Below are positions 18,064 to 28,391 of a DNA stretch of 64,000 nucleotides, in pieces; position 1 is the first letter of the stretch; each line of letters begins with the position of its first letter. Below the pieces are notes generated by a model. The model was not told the origin of the DNA, searched no databases, and saw only the letters and a program-made list of their open reading frames with translations. The position numbers and the translations under genes were made by a program. Source of the DNA: Vampirovibrionaceae bacterium NZW_1234 (GTDB taxonomy: Bacteria; Cyanobacteriota; Vampirovibrionia; Vampirovibrionales; JAGQHJ01); NCBI GenBank assembly GCA_041697335.1, contig JBGUGD010000009.1, positions 1 to 64,000 on the forward strand, written 5' to 3'.

Positions 18064-18567
18064 TTATTGGGCTTGTCGTTGCTTTTGGCCCCATTTTCCA
18101 TTGTTTTTAAACTGGGCTTTGCATTGTTCCTTTTTTTGTTGGAACTGGGCAAATTGGTCCGGGGTCAGGACTTGGCGCATCATGGCTTCACGCTTGGTCC
18201 GAAGCTGCTCGTGTTGTTGCTTTAACTGTTGATGGAGCTTTTCCGCTTCAGCAGAATTACCGCCTTGGGCTCTTCTGAGCTCTCGAAGCTGCTTGGCAGA
18301 CGCTCTCATTTGTTCAATAGACGCCTGGTTTTCCTGTTTAAACTGAGACCGCTTGGCCTTGAGCTGTTCCTTTTGTGACTGGGTGAGGTTGAGATCTCGC
18401 ATCATATGGCAGTGCTTGCCATGGTCATGCTCACCTTTAAAGTAGGTGTCATGGTGTGGTGTATCCGACGCGTTGCCGGTCCAGTCATCATGATTAGCAA
18501 AGCTAAGGCTGGGAATCGTGACCAAAGTTAACAGGCCGATTGAAAGCGAAAGAATCTGACGGTTCAT
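18064..18567 (-). CDS. Spy/CpxP family periplasmic chaperone
   Basis: Signal peptide, LNLTQSQK and VLTPDQ (LTxxQ) motifs. SD GGAGG before ATG 18567. Confidence 0.88.
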   Translation of the reverse strand: MNRQILSLSIGLLTLVTIPSLSFANHDDWTGNASDTPHHDTYFKGEHDHGKHCHMMRDLNLTQSQKEQLKAKRSQFKQENQASIEQMRASAKQLRELRRAQGGNSAEAEKLHQQLKQQHEQLRTKREAMMRQVLTPDQFAQFQQKKEQCKAQFKNNGKWGQKQRQAQ

Positions 18568-18841
18568 GTATCGGATGCCTCCATAATACTGACTATATGT
18601 GAAGATAGAGCCCCATTTGACAGTGATTTCTGTCATGAAGCAAATAAAAAAGTGGGGATAATCACGAAGACGATCATCTCTTGCAAAAAGTTCATTATAG
18701 CGCTAAACCCCTAAAGAGAGTCATTGTGGTGTCTTTATGAAACCGAGCAGTTGTTCTTGGACAATGTTCTCGATAGGATGGCTACGTCTTGGGGGCCTGT
18801 CTCGCAACGGGTCAACGTGATGAGCTTAAGGAGAGTCGATT

Positions 18842-19780
18842 ATGATGTCGGTATATAGTAGCAGTGCATTGCTGGTGCATTCTTTTTCAACAACGAAATT
18901 AATACGTGGGGTAGCATCTCAGTCCCACACGTCTAAAACCCGGTTTTCAAGTCAATCATCTTCAGTAGATCAGACTGATTTTTCGCCCTTGGCGCAGTCG
19001 GGCCTATTGCCTCGTCTGGTTAAAGCCGAAGAAGCTGCCCGCCAAGCCGGAGCGATTATTCGAGCCTATGCCCGGGGCGAGGTCGAGGCTCGGGGAATCA
19101 CATTCAAAAACGGTGATGAATTGGTTTCTCATGCCGATAAAGAGGCCGATGCGAAGATTCTGGATATTTTGAAACAGGCCTTTCCCGAGGACGATTTTTT
19201 AACGGAAGAAACATTTGATCCGACACGGTCAACGGCCGTTCGGACCGGTTGGATTATTGATCCGCTGGACGGTACGCGCAATTTTACAGCCAGTATCCCA
19301 CATTTTGCGGTTTCGATTGCCTATGTTAAAGATGGCAAGCCTGTGATTGGCGTAGTTTACGATCCCATGAGCGATGAATTGTTTTCGGCCGCTGCCGGAC
19401 AACCCATGGTCAATAAACGGCCCATGAAAGTGTCCTCGGCAACCGAGGTTAAAGACACCGTTATATCGATGTGTAATCCCCTACCTGCAGGCTTTATGCA
19501 ACTCAAAAAGCCCTCTCACCGTCGTCTCGGTTGCACGGCGTTGGATATGGCCTATGTGGCGGCAGGCCGCCTGGGGGCATCATGTGAACGAAACCTCAAG
19601 GTCTGGGACATTGCGGCAGGGATGGCCTTAGTCGAAGCGGCGGGTGGAAAAGTCACGGACTTTCAAGGCCAGCCTCTGGATTTGACTAAAATTCAAGGCC
19701 GGGTAAGTTATGTGGCCTCAAATGGTCCGTTACACCAAGCAATGTTGGCTTTGGTGGCAGAAGCTCCAGGCAAATCCTAG
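18842..19780 (+). CDS. Inositol monophosphatase family protein with N-terminal extension
   Basis: TEE, WIIDPLDGTRNF, WDIAAG, EAAGG motifs. Confidence 0.92.
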   Translation: MMSVYSSSALLVHSFSTTKLIRGVASQSHTSKTRFSSQSSSVDQTDFSPLAQSGLLPRLVKAEEAARQAGAIIRAYARGEVEARGITFKNGDELVSHADKEADAKILDILKQAFPEDDFLTEETFDPTRSTAVRTGWIIDPLDGTRNFTASIPHFAVSIAYVKDGKPVIGVVYDPMSDELFSAAAGQPMVNKRPMKVSSATEVKDTVISMCNPLPAGFMQLKKPSHRRLGCTALDMAYVAAGRLGASCERNLKVWDIAAGMALVEAAGGKVTDFQGQPLDLTKIQGRVSYVASNGPLHQAMLALVAEAPGKS

Positions 19781-19882
19781 CTGGAGTAAAGAGTCAATGT
19801 GATAAACCTCCATGTGGGTGTGGTACCTTTGTGGCACTATAAAACGATTACAAGTCAACAATGCCACCGGAGGATGCACTCA

Positions 19883-20749
19883 ATGGACTATGCCAATGCG
19901 GATGCCTTGATTACGACAGAGCAGCTCGCTGAATTGCTGGATTCAGAGACGCTTAAAGTGGTTGATGCCACCTGGACGATGCCGAATCAGACGGGTGATG
20001 CCAGGGCACAGTATTTGGAAGCCCACCTACCCGGGGCGGTGTATTTCGATATTGATGCCATTGCCGACCGGAATACCGATCTGCCGCATATGCTTCCCTC
20101 CGCCGAGCTGTTTGCCGAACGAGTCGGAGCGATGGGTATTTCCAACGATCATCACGTGATCGTCTATGATCGGGCCAAAATGGCCAGTGCGGCTCGGGTG
20201 TGGTGGATGTTCAAGACCTTTGGCCACCGGAAGGTGTCCGTATTGCAAGGTGGGCTTACCCAATGGCAAGCGGAAGGGCGTGAGGTAACTCGTGAGATTC
20301 CAACGCCGTTGCCCGTTGTTTACCGGGCTGACCTTCAAAAAAGTTGGGTCTGGACATGGCAGGATGTTCAGGGAAACCTGACCCATCATGGCGCCCAAGT
20401 TGTGGATGCCCGTTCTTCCGGTCGTTTCTCCGGTATTGATCCGGAACCACGGCAGGTTCCCCGTCTGGGGCATATTCCAGGGAGTGTTAATCTGCCTTGG
20501 GATACGCTTTTGGTGCCTGAGACCTCATCGATAGATACCGTGGACGGCTTAATCGCTCGTATCGCCCAGGCGGGTATCCCTATGACTTCACCAGTGGTTT
20601 GCTCTTGTGGGTCCGGGGTCACCGCATGTGTCGCTGCCTTGGCATTACATCTTGCAGGGCATCCTGCGGTTGCGGTGTATGATGGTTCCTGGGCCGAGTG
20701 GAGCCAGCGTCTGGAGTTACCTGTTGAAACCGGAAAGACACCTGTTTAA
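19883..20749 (+). CDS. sseA: 3-mercaptopyruvate sulfurtransferase (two rhodanese domains)
   Basis: HLPGA, LPHMLP, VDARS, GHIPGS, CGSGVTAC, YDGSWAEW. Confidence 0.92.
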   Translation: MDYANADALITTEQLAELLDSETLKVVDATWTMPNQTGDARAQYLEAHLPGAVYFDIDAIADRNTDLPHMLPSAELFAERVGAMGISNDHHVIVYDRAKMASAARVWWMFKTFGHRKVSVLQGGLTQWQAEGREVTREIPTPLPVVYRADLQKSWVWTWQDVQGNLTHHGAQVVDARSSGRFSGIDPEPRQVPRLGHIPGSVNLPWDTLLVPETSSIDTVDGLIARIAQAGIPMTSPVVCSCGSGVTACVAALALHLAGHPAVAVYDGSWAEWSQRLELPVETGKTPV

Positions 20750-20835
20750 GGTTTGTTTGCTTAGAGCAATCGCTCCGGCCAAGAGAAAGGCCTGCTATTA
20801 AAGTGATCAGACTCTGGTTTTAGGAACGACAGCGC

Positions 20836-21561
20836 TTACTGAACAGGCCTGGGCTGTTGTATATTGTATTTCCGACTCAACGCTTGAATCCGGGATGTGC
20901 TGAGTGGATGGCTTTGCAGGAACTCAGGTGTTAAGCCGCGACTTTGACGTTGAAGAATGTTCAGCACTTCCACGGCAGCCTGTGGATTGTATTGGGCTTG
21001 CTGCATCAGTTGAATGCCCAGCTCATCGGCTTGGTACTCAATGTTTCGGGAGAAATGCTTGTCAATCAGCCCAAGTCCGACACTGTTAATAGCACCCAAA
21101 GCGGGGTTGTCCGAGACCATTCGCTCTCGAACCAGGTAATCCACGACACCCAGCCCTGTTCGTCGAAGGCGGGTTTTGTTGACGTGGTCTGCCAGAATAT
21201 GCGCCAATTCATGGCCGATGACAAATGCTTTCTGGTCGTCTGTTTGAAGGGCCTGCATCATTCCAGAGGTTACTACGATGCGTTTGCCATCTGTATAGGC
21301 GTTCAGCGTATTGGAGGATTGAACACCGATACTGCTGACCAGTTGATCGGGAATTTTATTTGCCTGTTTTAGGCGGCGTAAAATTGCAGCGGCCTCTTGT
21401 CGCTGTATATCAATTCGGCTGGTAATCGATGTCTGCCGCGAGACATTCCCAAAAATCACCTGGGCCAGAGTTGGTGGCGTAGTGGCTTGTGATGGGACGA
21501 CGACCGCCATGCCCATATTCAAACTGAGAACCAATAACAGACCGGAAATCAGCCGCTTCAT
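20836..21561 (-). CDS. M48 family zinc metallopeptidase, secreted
   Basis: Signal peptide, LNAY, GHELAH, FSRNIEYQAD, FLQSHP..R. Confidence 0.9.
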   Translation of the reverse strand: MKRLISGLLLVLSLNMGMAVVVPSQATTPPTLAQVIFGNVSRQTSITSRIDIQRQEAAAILRRLKQANKIPDQLVSSIGVQSSNTLNAYTDGKRIVVTSGMMQALQTDDQKAFVIGHELAHILADHVNKTRLRRTGLGVVDYLVRERMVSDNPALGAINSVGLGLIDKHFSRNIEYQADELGIQLMQQAQYNPQAAVEVLNILQRQSRGLTPEFLQSHPLSTSRIQALSRKYNIQQPRPVQ

Positions 21562-21899
21562 TGTTCACCTCGTCTTGTTGTTCCGCCATCATAGATCGAA
21601 GACAATGTTTCGCCCATGAATGCTTAACGCTCGCTTGGAATCGCTTTCAAAATTAAAGACGATCGTCTCCAGAGAAGGTTCTTTCTCAGAATGATGCATA
21701 TTCTAAGGATTCAAAAGAACTCAATTTGGAAAATAGAGTGAAACAGGTTGTAACAATGAGCATAAAATTGTCGTCAAATTTAAACTTTTTTTGTAAAATC
21801 GTTCAGTTCTATTCAGATAGTAGTCTCCTAGGATTCTGGTTGAGGGACCACGTTTGGGGTTGATATCCGCGATTGCCTAGGTGGGAAGGAAGGTTGATC

Positions 21900-24800
21900 A
21901 TGCGAGTCGAATGGATGCCATCGGGATTCCGTCCTGTCACGAAGGCCACAAAAATACAGCGCGCTGACGATCGTGATCATCAGCTGCCCCAGGCTTTCTC
22001 CGCAGGCTATTCTGGTCCAAAAGGCCCGACATTGGCCCAATGTGCTAACGTCTTGCCGCTTTACTTTGGAGCGGTTAAAGGTGCCTCCAAGGTATCGTTT
22101 CCACGTGGAGTTTCATCCCAGGAAAAGGCCGTACTGACACGCATTGCCGAACTGAAAGGGGAAACACCCACCTTCCTGGAAGTTCTTGCAAAAGCCCGCC
22201 AGTTGGCCAGCAAAATGCAGCACGAGGAAGTCACACCGCTGCACTTGATGATGGTCCAGATGCAGCAATCCCTTGAGTTTTTGGATTCTGAAGTCCACGA
22301 CGGCACACCACATAAAATCTACGAATCACTCATTCCGGAATTTTTAGGCCATTCCAGCGATGGTGCCAATACACCCAATATTATCAAACTGAATATCAAT
22401 GGTATTGTGATTCCCGAGCTTCAGAGAACACTGAAATCCCTGCCGATGAGCGGGGTAAAGTCGAAAAATCCGCCATTAAGTCCGGCCCTGTTACAGGCCT
22501 TGGAAATCACACTGGATCGAATTGGAGAAGAAGCTGCAAAGTGGGCTCAGCGAACAAAGAATCGTATTGACTACGGGTCGAAGCAGGAAAAAATTGCTGA
22601 ATTGCTGGAGGAAAAGAAACGATTATTCCGTAAGCTGCGTAACCCTGAGCCAGAGGCCATCATGGCAAAGCAGGCAGTGGATGCCGCACAAGCCCAAGTG
22701 GATATTGCCCAGGATGTTGTTCAGGGCATTGCCGATAAATTGTGCAAGACGGTCTTTAAGAAACCCTACAATGCCATTGTCCGGGAAGCCAAAGCCATCG
22801 CAACTGCTATGGAAGCTGCCGGTGAGGATCAGGAAAAACTTCAGGCGATTGTTCTGCGTCAAGTCGGACTCCAGGCAAAAAACAAGGAGTTGCAGGGTAA
22901 ATTGGAACAGTATATTGCCCAGCATTATCCCAAGGAGTACGGAACCCTCCAGGATGCCCAAAAGCTTCTGAAGGAAACCCACACGACTTATGAACCGCAT
23001 TTTAAGCGTTTTCAGCGTATGGGTGCCAAAGCTACTGCAATAGGAAAGGAATACGAACGGTTTAAAGCAGGTATCCGTAAAGCCATGAAGACGGTCCGGA
23101 ATGAGGACATTCTGACATCGCTGATGCAGGTCGCCGTTCAACAGGATTTGCCTTACGATTTGGCAAAAGAGCCGACAATCCATGCGACAGGAGAAATGTA
23201 TCGTGGGTTTTTGGATAGCTTGATGGCGTCGGCCGGGGGTGGTTCCTTTATCAATCACGATATGGTGGATCGCTTGGGCAAGCAGGCCAAGACCCTGGGT
23301 GCCGGTGTCTCCCAGATTAAGCGGTTGGTCAGTATTGTGGGTGATGCCAAACGTGCAATCGACAGTAAGAATTCGACCCAGGCCAATCGCATTTTGCATT
23401 ATGCCCGCCTCTACGCGGCAACCCCCTGGGAGCGCGAAGTCCAGGGACGTAAAGTCGATTGGGACAGAGCCAAGAGCCTGCTCTCACAAAACAGCCTGAT
23501 TCCTGAGTCGGTGCGACAAAAAATTCTGGCGTATATTCAGATCGGCAATGAGCATGGCTGGGACAAAGCCCCGGTGTTGATGCTGACTGGCGGCTGGGGA
23601 CAGCATGTGACCAAGAAAGCGGTCATCCAGACGCTGGGTACCATTTTGAAAATGCCAACCCATTATGCCCAGGCCGATCAGGTGTTGCCCATTGGGGCCA
23701 ATGAAAATCGTTCCTCGGCGGATGTCGGGATGTCCATTCCTGTTCAGGCCGTTCTTGCGACCGGAACTACCCAGACGATGGTGGTTCTGGATAAGGCCGA
23801 AGAGTTTATCTATGACAGTGTTTATTCACGGACCCAGTTGAACGATATTTTGTCCCTGTCCCGTCGTCAGCAGTTCCAGGATCCCTTCCTGCAAATGGGT
23901 GTGGATCTCGCTCCAATGGTCTTTGTGGCCACCTCTCCGGAACTGGATATCGAGACTCGGGACTACTTGTTTAACGATAAACATGTGTTTGCCGTAGATA
24001 TGGATCACACGTTATCGGCGAGTGAAAAGGTGGCAGTCTTGGAAGCTCGTGTGGGCGAACTTCAGAAAGAAACCGGCACCCAGAATCTTAAAATTGATCC
24101 GGAAGCCCTCGAGACCCTCGCCAGAGACCATACCTTTAGCGGCTTGACTGATGAGTTGGAACACAAGTTAAAGCTGGTTTTGAACAAAGCGTTTGCTCAC
24201 TGTATTGAGGAATTCGGCAAACCGGTTCCCATGAAGGTGACCAAAGAAATGATCAAAACCTACCTCGGGGTGCCCGTGTCGATGTCCATGAGCCATGTGA
24301 TGAACGAGGATGCCGTAGGGGATATCAACGGGCTGGCGGCCTTCCCGGGATACAATACGGGGGCGGCAATTCAGATTCAGATTACGGAACTGAAGAAAAC
24401 CAAACGGTCAAAAACCGATAAGGCCATGAAGTATCAGATTCATAGTGTGAATGGTCCTGTGGGCGATATGATGAAAGACTCTGCCCAGAAGGCCGTGGAA
24501 CAATATCTGCTTCATGCCAATGCCCAGTACAAGCGCCTAGCCACGGATATGCATAATTATCTGTTTGCCGTAAACTACCTGTCCGAAACAGAAGGGCCCA
24601 GCGCCGGTCTGGCCATGTCGGCTGCTCTGGTCAGCCGGATTTCAGGCATTCCTGTTCGCAAGGATGTGGCCATGACCGGAACCGTCGATGCTCGAGGGAA
24701 TGCCGGTCAAATCGGCGGAGTCTATGAAAAGGTTCTCGGCGCTGTCGATACAGGCAAAATCAAAACCGTTCTGGTGCCTCGTATCAATTACGAAGAGCTA

Positions 24801-24983
24801 AAGCTGGAACATCCACGCGGGTTTGCCAAAATTCAACAACGGATAAACGTGATACCTGTTGATAATATGGATCAGGTATTGCGTCATACATTAGTAGACT
24901 ACGACAAACTTCATGAGCCTGCTCCAGCAGGGATGTCACGTCGAACCAAACCTGCACCGGCTACAGGCTCCGGAAAGAGATAA
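21900..24983 (+). CDS. Lon-type (S16) protease with Clp-N-like domain and degenerate AAA+ module
   Basis: EGPSAG (Ser), DVAMTG and IGGVYEKV (Lys) in the C-terminal domain. N-terminal ARQLA...HEEVTPLHL and a long coiled coil. Confidence 0.8.
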   Translation: MRVEWMPSGFRPVTKATKIQRADDRDHQLPQAFSAGYSGPKGPTLAQCANVLPLYFGAVKGASKVSFPRGVSSQEKAVLTRIAELKGETPTFLEVLAKARQLASKMQHEEVTPLHLMMVQMQQSLEFLDSEVHDGTPHKIYESLIPEFLGHSSDGANTPNIIKLNINGIVIPELQRTLKSLPMSGVKSKNPPLSPALLQALEITLDRIGEEAAKWAQRTKNRIDYGSKQEKIAELLEEKKRLFRKLRNPEPEAIMAKQAVDAAQAQVDIAQDVVQGIADKLCKTVFKKPYNAIVREAKAIATAMEAAGEDQEKLQAIVLRQVGLQAKNKELQGKLEQYIAQHYPKEYGTLQDAQKLLKETHTTYEPHFKRFQRMGAKATAIGKEYERFKAGIRKAMKTVRNEDILTSLMQVAVQQDLPYDLAKEPTIHATGEMYRGFLDSLMASAGGGSFINHDMVDRLGKQAKTLGAGVSQIKRLVSIVGDAKRAIDSKNSTQANRILHYARLYAATPWEREVQGRKVDWDRAKSLLSQNSLIPESVRQKILAYIQIGNEHGWDKAPVLMLTGGWGQHVTKKAVIQTLGTILKMPTHYAQADQVLPIGANENRSSADVGMSIPVQAVLATGTTQTMVVLDKAEEFIYDSVYSRTQLNDILSLSRRQQFQDPFLQMGVDLAPMVFVATSPELDIETRDYLFNDKHVFAVDMDHTLSASEKVAVLEARVGELQKETGTQNLKIDPEALETLARDHTFSGLTDELEHKLKLVLNKAFAHCIEEFGKPVPMKVTKEMIKTYLGVPVSMSMSHVMNEDAVGDINGLAAFPGYNTGAAIQIQITELKKTKRSKTDKAMKYQIHSVNGPVGDMMKDSAQKAVEQYLLHANAQYKRLATDMHNYLFAVNYLSETEGPSAGLAMSAALVSRISGIPVRKDVAMTGTVDARGNAGQIGGVYEKVLGAVDTGKIKTVLVPRINYEELKLEHPRGFAKIQQRINVIPVDNMDQVLRHTLVDYDKLHEPAPAGMSRRTKPAPATGSGKR

Positions 24984-25014
24984 CCGGACACATTTCTTCT
25001 CTGTTCTCATTCCT

Positions 25015-26223
25015 TTATGGTGCAGCCGCTTCTGTCCTGGAGGTGGTTTCGGCCAGTTGGCGCCGAATAATGGCGAGGTTGGCTGACGCCATATCGCGCA
25101 TGTCTTTGGGGGTTTCAGACAAGGTGAGGTAATTTTCATAAAGCGTTTGTGCTCGGGCCAATTTTTGTTTACCCAAATCAACCTGTCCGTTAGTCATATC
25201 GTCGTTACCTGCCAAGCCCAGGGAGCCTGCTAAAAAAAACTGGGCACTATCCTGGTAATGGCTTGGCAAGGTCTTTAAAGATTTTTCAAGGCTTTCAATG
25301 GCTAAGGGGAATGACTTTAACCGATAGGCACTGACACCAATATAATAGGCAATATAGGGATCCTGGGGATAATAGGTTTCCGCTTTTTTAAAATACGTCA
25401 ATGCATGTTGATTTTGGTGCTGCTCCAAATACGTATAGCCTCTTGAAGCCGCTTCCCGATAGCGCTGGTATCGAGCAAAACTGATGCCGACCGGATTCGT
25501 AATATCCGGTTTTAAGGCATACAGGGCTTTCATTGTGGCAATATCCCGGGGAGAGAGGTGAGTAACCTGAGGCTGAATAATGGGGTACATGATATCGGAT
25601 TTATTGGGGCTATGGCCTTTAATGCCCAAGGCATGCCCAATTTCATGAAGAGCAGTGGCGTACAACATGGCGTTGTCCATCTGGGTCTTCTGGGGATTGC
25701 GAAGGCTGAGAACGACGTGTGTATCAGTCAGGGTTTGGGTGACTTTGTTCCAGGAATCTTTAGTGACACCCACGGTTTCACCCTTGGCATCCAACTGCCA
25801 GTTGACCAGCAGATCGGTTTCGTAGGGCGAGCTTGTATAGACAAATCGAAAGCGCGGGTGCATGGCACGTTCCCACTCGGAAAATGCGGATTTCACCAGG
25901 GCATCTTTTACGGGGCTCCAGCCAGGGACTTTAAAGCCCGGCTGAATGTTGATACGAAGGGTCGTGGTGCTGTCATTCCAGCGAGAAACATAGCGGCCTT
26001 CGGCAAGAACCGCGTTTAAATAGGTCTCTATCGGCTTGGCTGATTTTCCGGGGGAGGTCGCTCCAATGCCAAGATCGTAGAGTCCCGCAGCGAGGATGAC
26101 AATGAGGGTGATTATAAGCGTGAAACGGTGTAAAGCCATACAAACCTGTTTAGAAATTGAAAACGTCATTTTGACATTTGACATCATACGATGGCGAGGG
26201 CCATAAGCATCTCCATTAACCAA
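25015..26223 (-). CDS. Matrixin (M10) metalloprotease with C-terminal TPRs
   Basis: HEIGHALGIKGH, Met-turn DIMYP, N-terminal hydrophobic anchor. Start uncertain. Confidence 0.88.
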   Translation of the reverse strand: MVNGDAYGPRHRMMSNVKMTFSISKQVCMALHRFTLIITLIVILAAGLYDLGIGATSPGKSAKPIETYLNAVLAEGRYVSRWNDSTTTLRINIQPGFKVPGWSPVKDALVKSAFSEWERAMHPRFRFVYTSSPYETDLLVNWQLDAKGETVGVTKDSWNKVTQTLTDTHVVLSLRNPQKTQMDNAMLYATALHEIGHALGIKGHSPNKSDIMYPIIQPQVTHLSPRDIATMKALYALKPDITNPVGISFARYQRYREAASRGYTYLEQHQNQHALTYFKKAETYYPQDPYIAYYIGVSAYRLKSFPLAIESLEKSLKTLPSHYQDSAQFFLAGSLGLAGNDDMTNGQVDLGKQKLARAQTLYENYLTLSETPKDMRDMASANLAIIRRQLAETTSRTEAAAP

Positions 26224-26337
26224 TGGAGGTTATTGCGATAGGTCCTAAGGTATAGTGAACCATGATGAAGACTCTGGGGCTTTTCTACCCATGAGTAGTA
26301 TGTCCCCGTTGAGTGAGAGAGAAAAAAGGGTTAATCG

Positions 26338-28329
26338 ATGTTTGAACGCAATATGGCGCTACTGTCCCAATGGCAACCAGCTGTGAGTCAGCGAGTAATG
26401 GCCACTCCCATGAGTGACGAGACCGTGTTGTTCCGAAAAGATGATGATTCGGATGTGAATCTGGCTTTTAAAGGTGAAGCCCTTCACAATATCGATAACC
26501 CGCGTCTGGAAGCGGCTGAGATTTTCGAAGGCACTGTTCCCGACGATCAACGGTCGGAGCAAAGCCTGGTTTTTCTTTTTGGCTTAGGGTTAGGCTATTT
26601 ATTACGCTATGCGTTTCTGAACTGCAAAGGCAATATTATTGTCTATGAACCTTTTCCCGAGGTTCTTCGGATGACCCTGGAAGCCGTGGATTTTACACAG
26701 GAGTTGTCTTCCAACCGAGTGCGGATTATCACCCAGTACGAGGATTTGGAAGAAGCTGTACGCAAAACTTTTTTAAACGGCGATGCCGTCCATTACCTGA
26801 CGCTGCCGTCCTATGAGAAAGCGATGCCGAATCAGGCTCAGCAGATGCTTCAGGGGTTGCAAGACGTGCTCACGGCATCGGCAATGAATCAGCAAACCGT
26901 GTTGCAACACATGCATGAGTTTACTCAGAATGCCTTAAAAAACTTACCCCACATCCTCAAGTATCCCGATGTCGGACTCATCCAGAATACGCTGCAGGGA
27001 AAACCGGGAGTTCTGGTTTCAGCCGGACCTTCACTGGATGTTCCTGGGGTGCTGGATACGTTAAAAGCTATTCGGGATCATGTGGTGGTCGTGTGTATTG
27101 GACAAGCGGCAAAAGCACTGGATAAAGCCGGTATTGTGCCGGATTTTGTGGTGATTGTCGAAACCAAGGATGTCACATCCCAATTGCAGGACGTGTCATT
27201 CTGCAAGGATGTGACCTTGGTAACCCAGCCCCAGGCCCATGCCAAGGTCTTCCAATTGCCCACCAGGCAAAAGCTGATGTCGTTTAATGAAGGCCATCAA
27301 ATCACCCATTGGTTATCCAAGATTTCGACCAAACCCCTTTTGGCTCATGATCAACAAGGAACTGTGTCCATTACGGCGTTACTGCTGTTACTTGATCTGG
27401 GATGCAACCCTATTTTCCTTCTGGGTCAGGATTTGGCGTGTCCGGATGGAAAGATGTATGCGCAAAACTCCGTCTATCAAAATTGCCGATTCATCTTGCT
27501 GGAGGGCAAGCAGAAGCTGGTCTTCATGGACAACAAGGAGACATTTTTCGGAGTTGAAGGGTACCTTGACGATCAGGAACACTGGCATAAACGCTATCGC
27601 TTTGACTTTGGAGGTCCCATTGCCAAAACCAAAGGTTGGAATGGAGAAGAGATCTTGAGTCAACGTTCTTATAACAGTTTCCGGGTTTCTTTCGAGGCCA
27701 TGGTGACTAAATTCCCGAATACTACCTTTGTGAATTGCTCCGAGGGCGGTGCCTTCATTCATGGGTATGAGCACATGCCCTTCTCCCAAGCCGTTCAAGC
27801 TTATGCTGTTAACCAATATAATACCCGGGCGGAACTCGCCGAGATTCTTGCGAGCAGATATGCTGAAGAGCCGGTAGACGGCACAAAATTCAAACGGGTC
27901 TTCGAGTTGTATCAGCGGGATCGGGCTGAGCTGGAAGAGCTGGCCCAGGCTCTGGAAGCAGGCATGAATCTCGGACAGAAAATCCTCAGTGAGCTTGCCA
28001 CGCGAAAAGCCCTGACTCATTCTATCCAAGGTCTGATTCGCAAGTTGGACCAGTGCAATCTGGTAATGACACGAGTCACCAAAAACAATATGCTGTTGAA
28101 CGATTACATCTGCAACGACCTGATGTTATTTGAACAGATGTATGGTCGTCGCATGAATCGGCCTCAGGAGGAATTCCGTTCGGAAGCGGAAGAAATGCTT
28201 GAAAACATTGAGAGCAATATGTTCCTGTTTCAGGCGATCGAAAACGGTCGTCAACGCTTGATCCAGGTACTGGATGAGTCCTTCCGGAATTTTCCGAGAA
28301 ATGGTTCTCCTCAGGTGGTCCCTGTCTAG
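26338..28329 (+). CDS. maf: Motility-associated factor (Maf, DUF115) glycosyltransferase
   Basis: FGLGLGY, VYEP, SAGPSL, GIVPDFVV, GTVS, LLGQDLA, NCSEGGA. Confidence 0.85.
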   Translation: MFERNMALLSQWQPAVSQRVMATPMSDETVLFRKDDDSDVNLAFKGEALHNIDNPRLEAAEIFEGTVPDDQRSEQSLVFLFGLGLGYLLRYAFLNCKGNIIVYEPFPEVLRMTLEAVDFTQELSSNRVRIITQYEDLEEAVRKTFLNGDAVHYLTLPSYEKAMPNQAQQMLQGLQDVLTASAMNQQTVLQHMHEFTQNALKNLPHILKYPDVGLIQNTLQGKPGVLVSAGPSLDVPGVLDTLKAIRDHVVVVCIGQAAKALDKAGIVPDFVVIVETKDVTSQLQDVSFCKDVTLVTQPQAHAKVFQLPTRQKLMSFNEGHQITHWLSKISTKPLLAHDQQGTVSITALLLLLDLGCNPIFLLGQDLACPDGKMYAQNSVYQNCRFILLEGKQKLVFMDNKETFFGVEGYLDDQEHWHKRYRFDFGGPIAKTKGWNGEEILSQRSYNSFRVSFEAMVTKFPNTTFVNCSEGGAFIHGYEHMPFSQAVQAYAVNQYNTRAELAEILASRYAEEPVDGTKFKRVFELYQRDRAELEELAQALEAGMNLGQKILSELATRKALTHSIQGLIRKLDQCNLVMTRVTKNNMLLNDYICNDLMLFEQMYGRRMNRPQEEFRSEAEEMLENIESNMFLFQAIENGRQRLIQVLDESFRNFPRNGSPQVVPV

Positions 28330-28391
28330 CACGACCCGGGTGAGCTACATCGCCGTAAAAAACCAAAGAGAGATTTTATGAGGAGAAGCAG

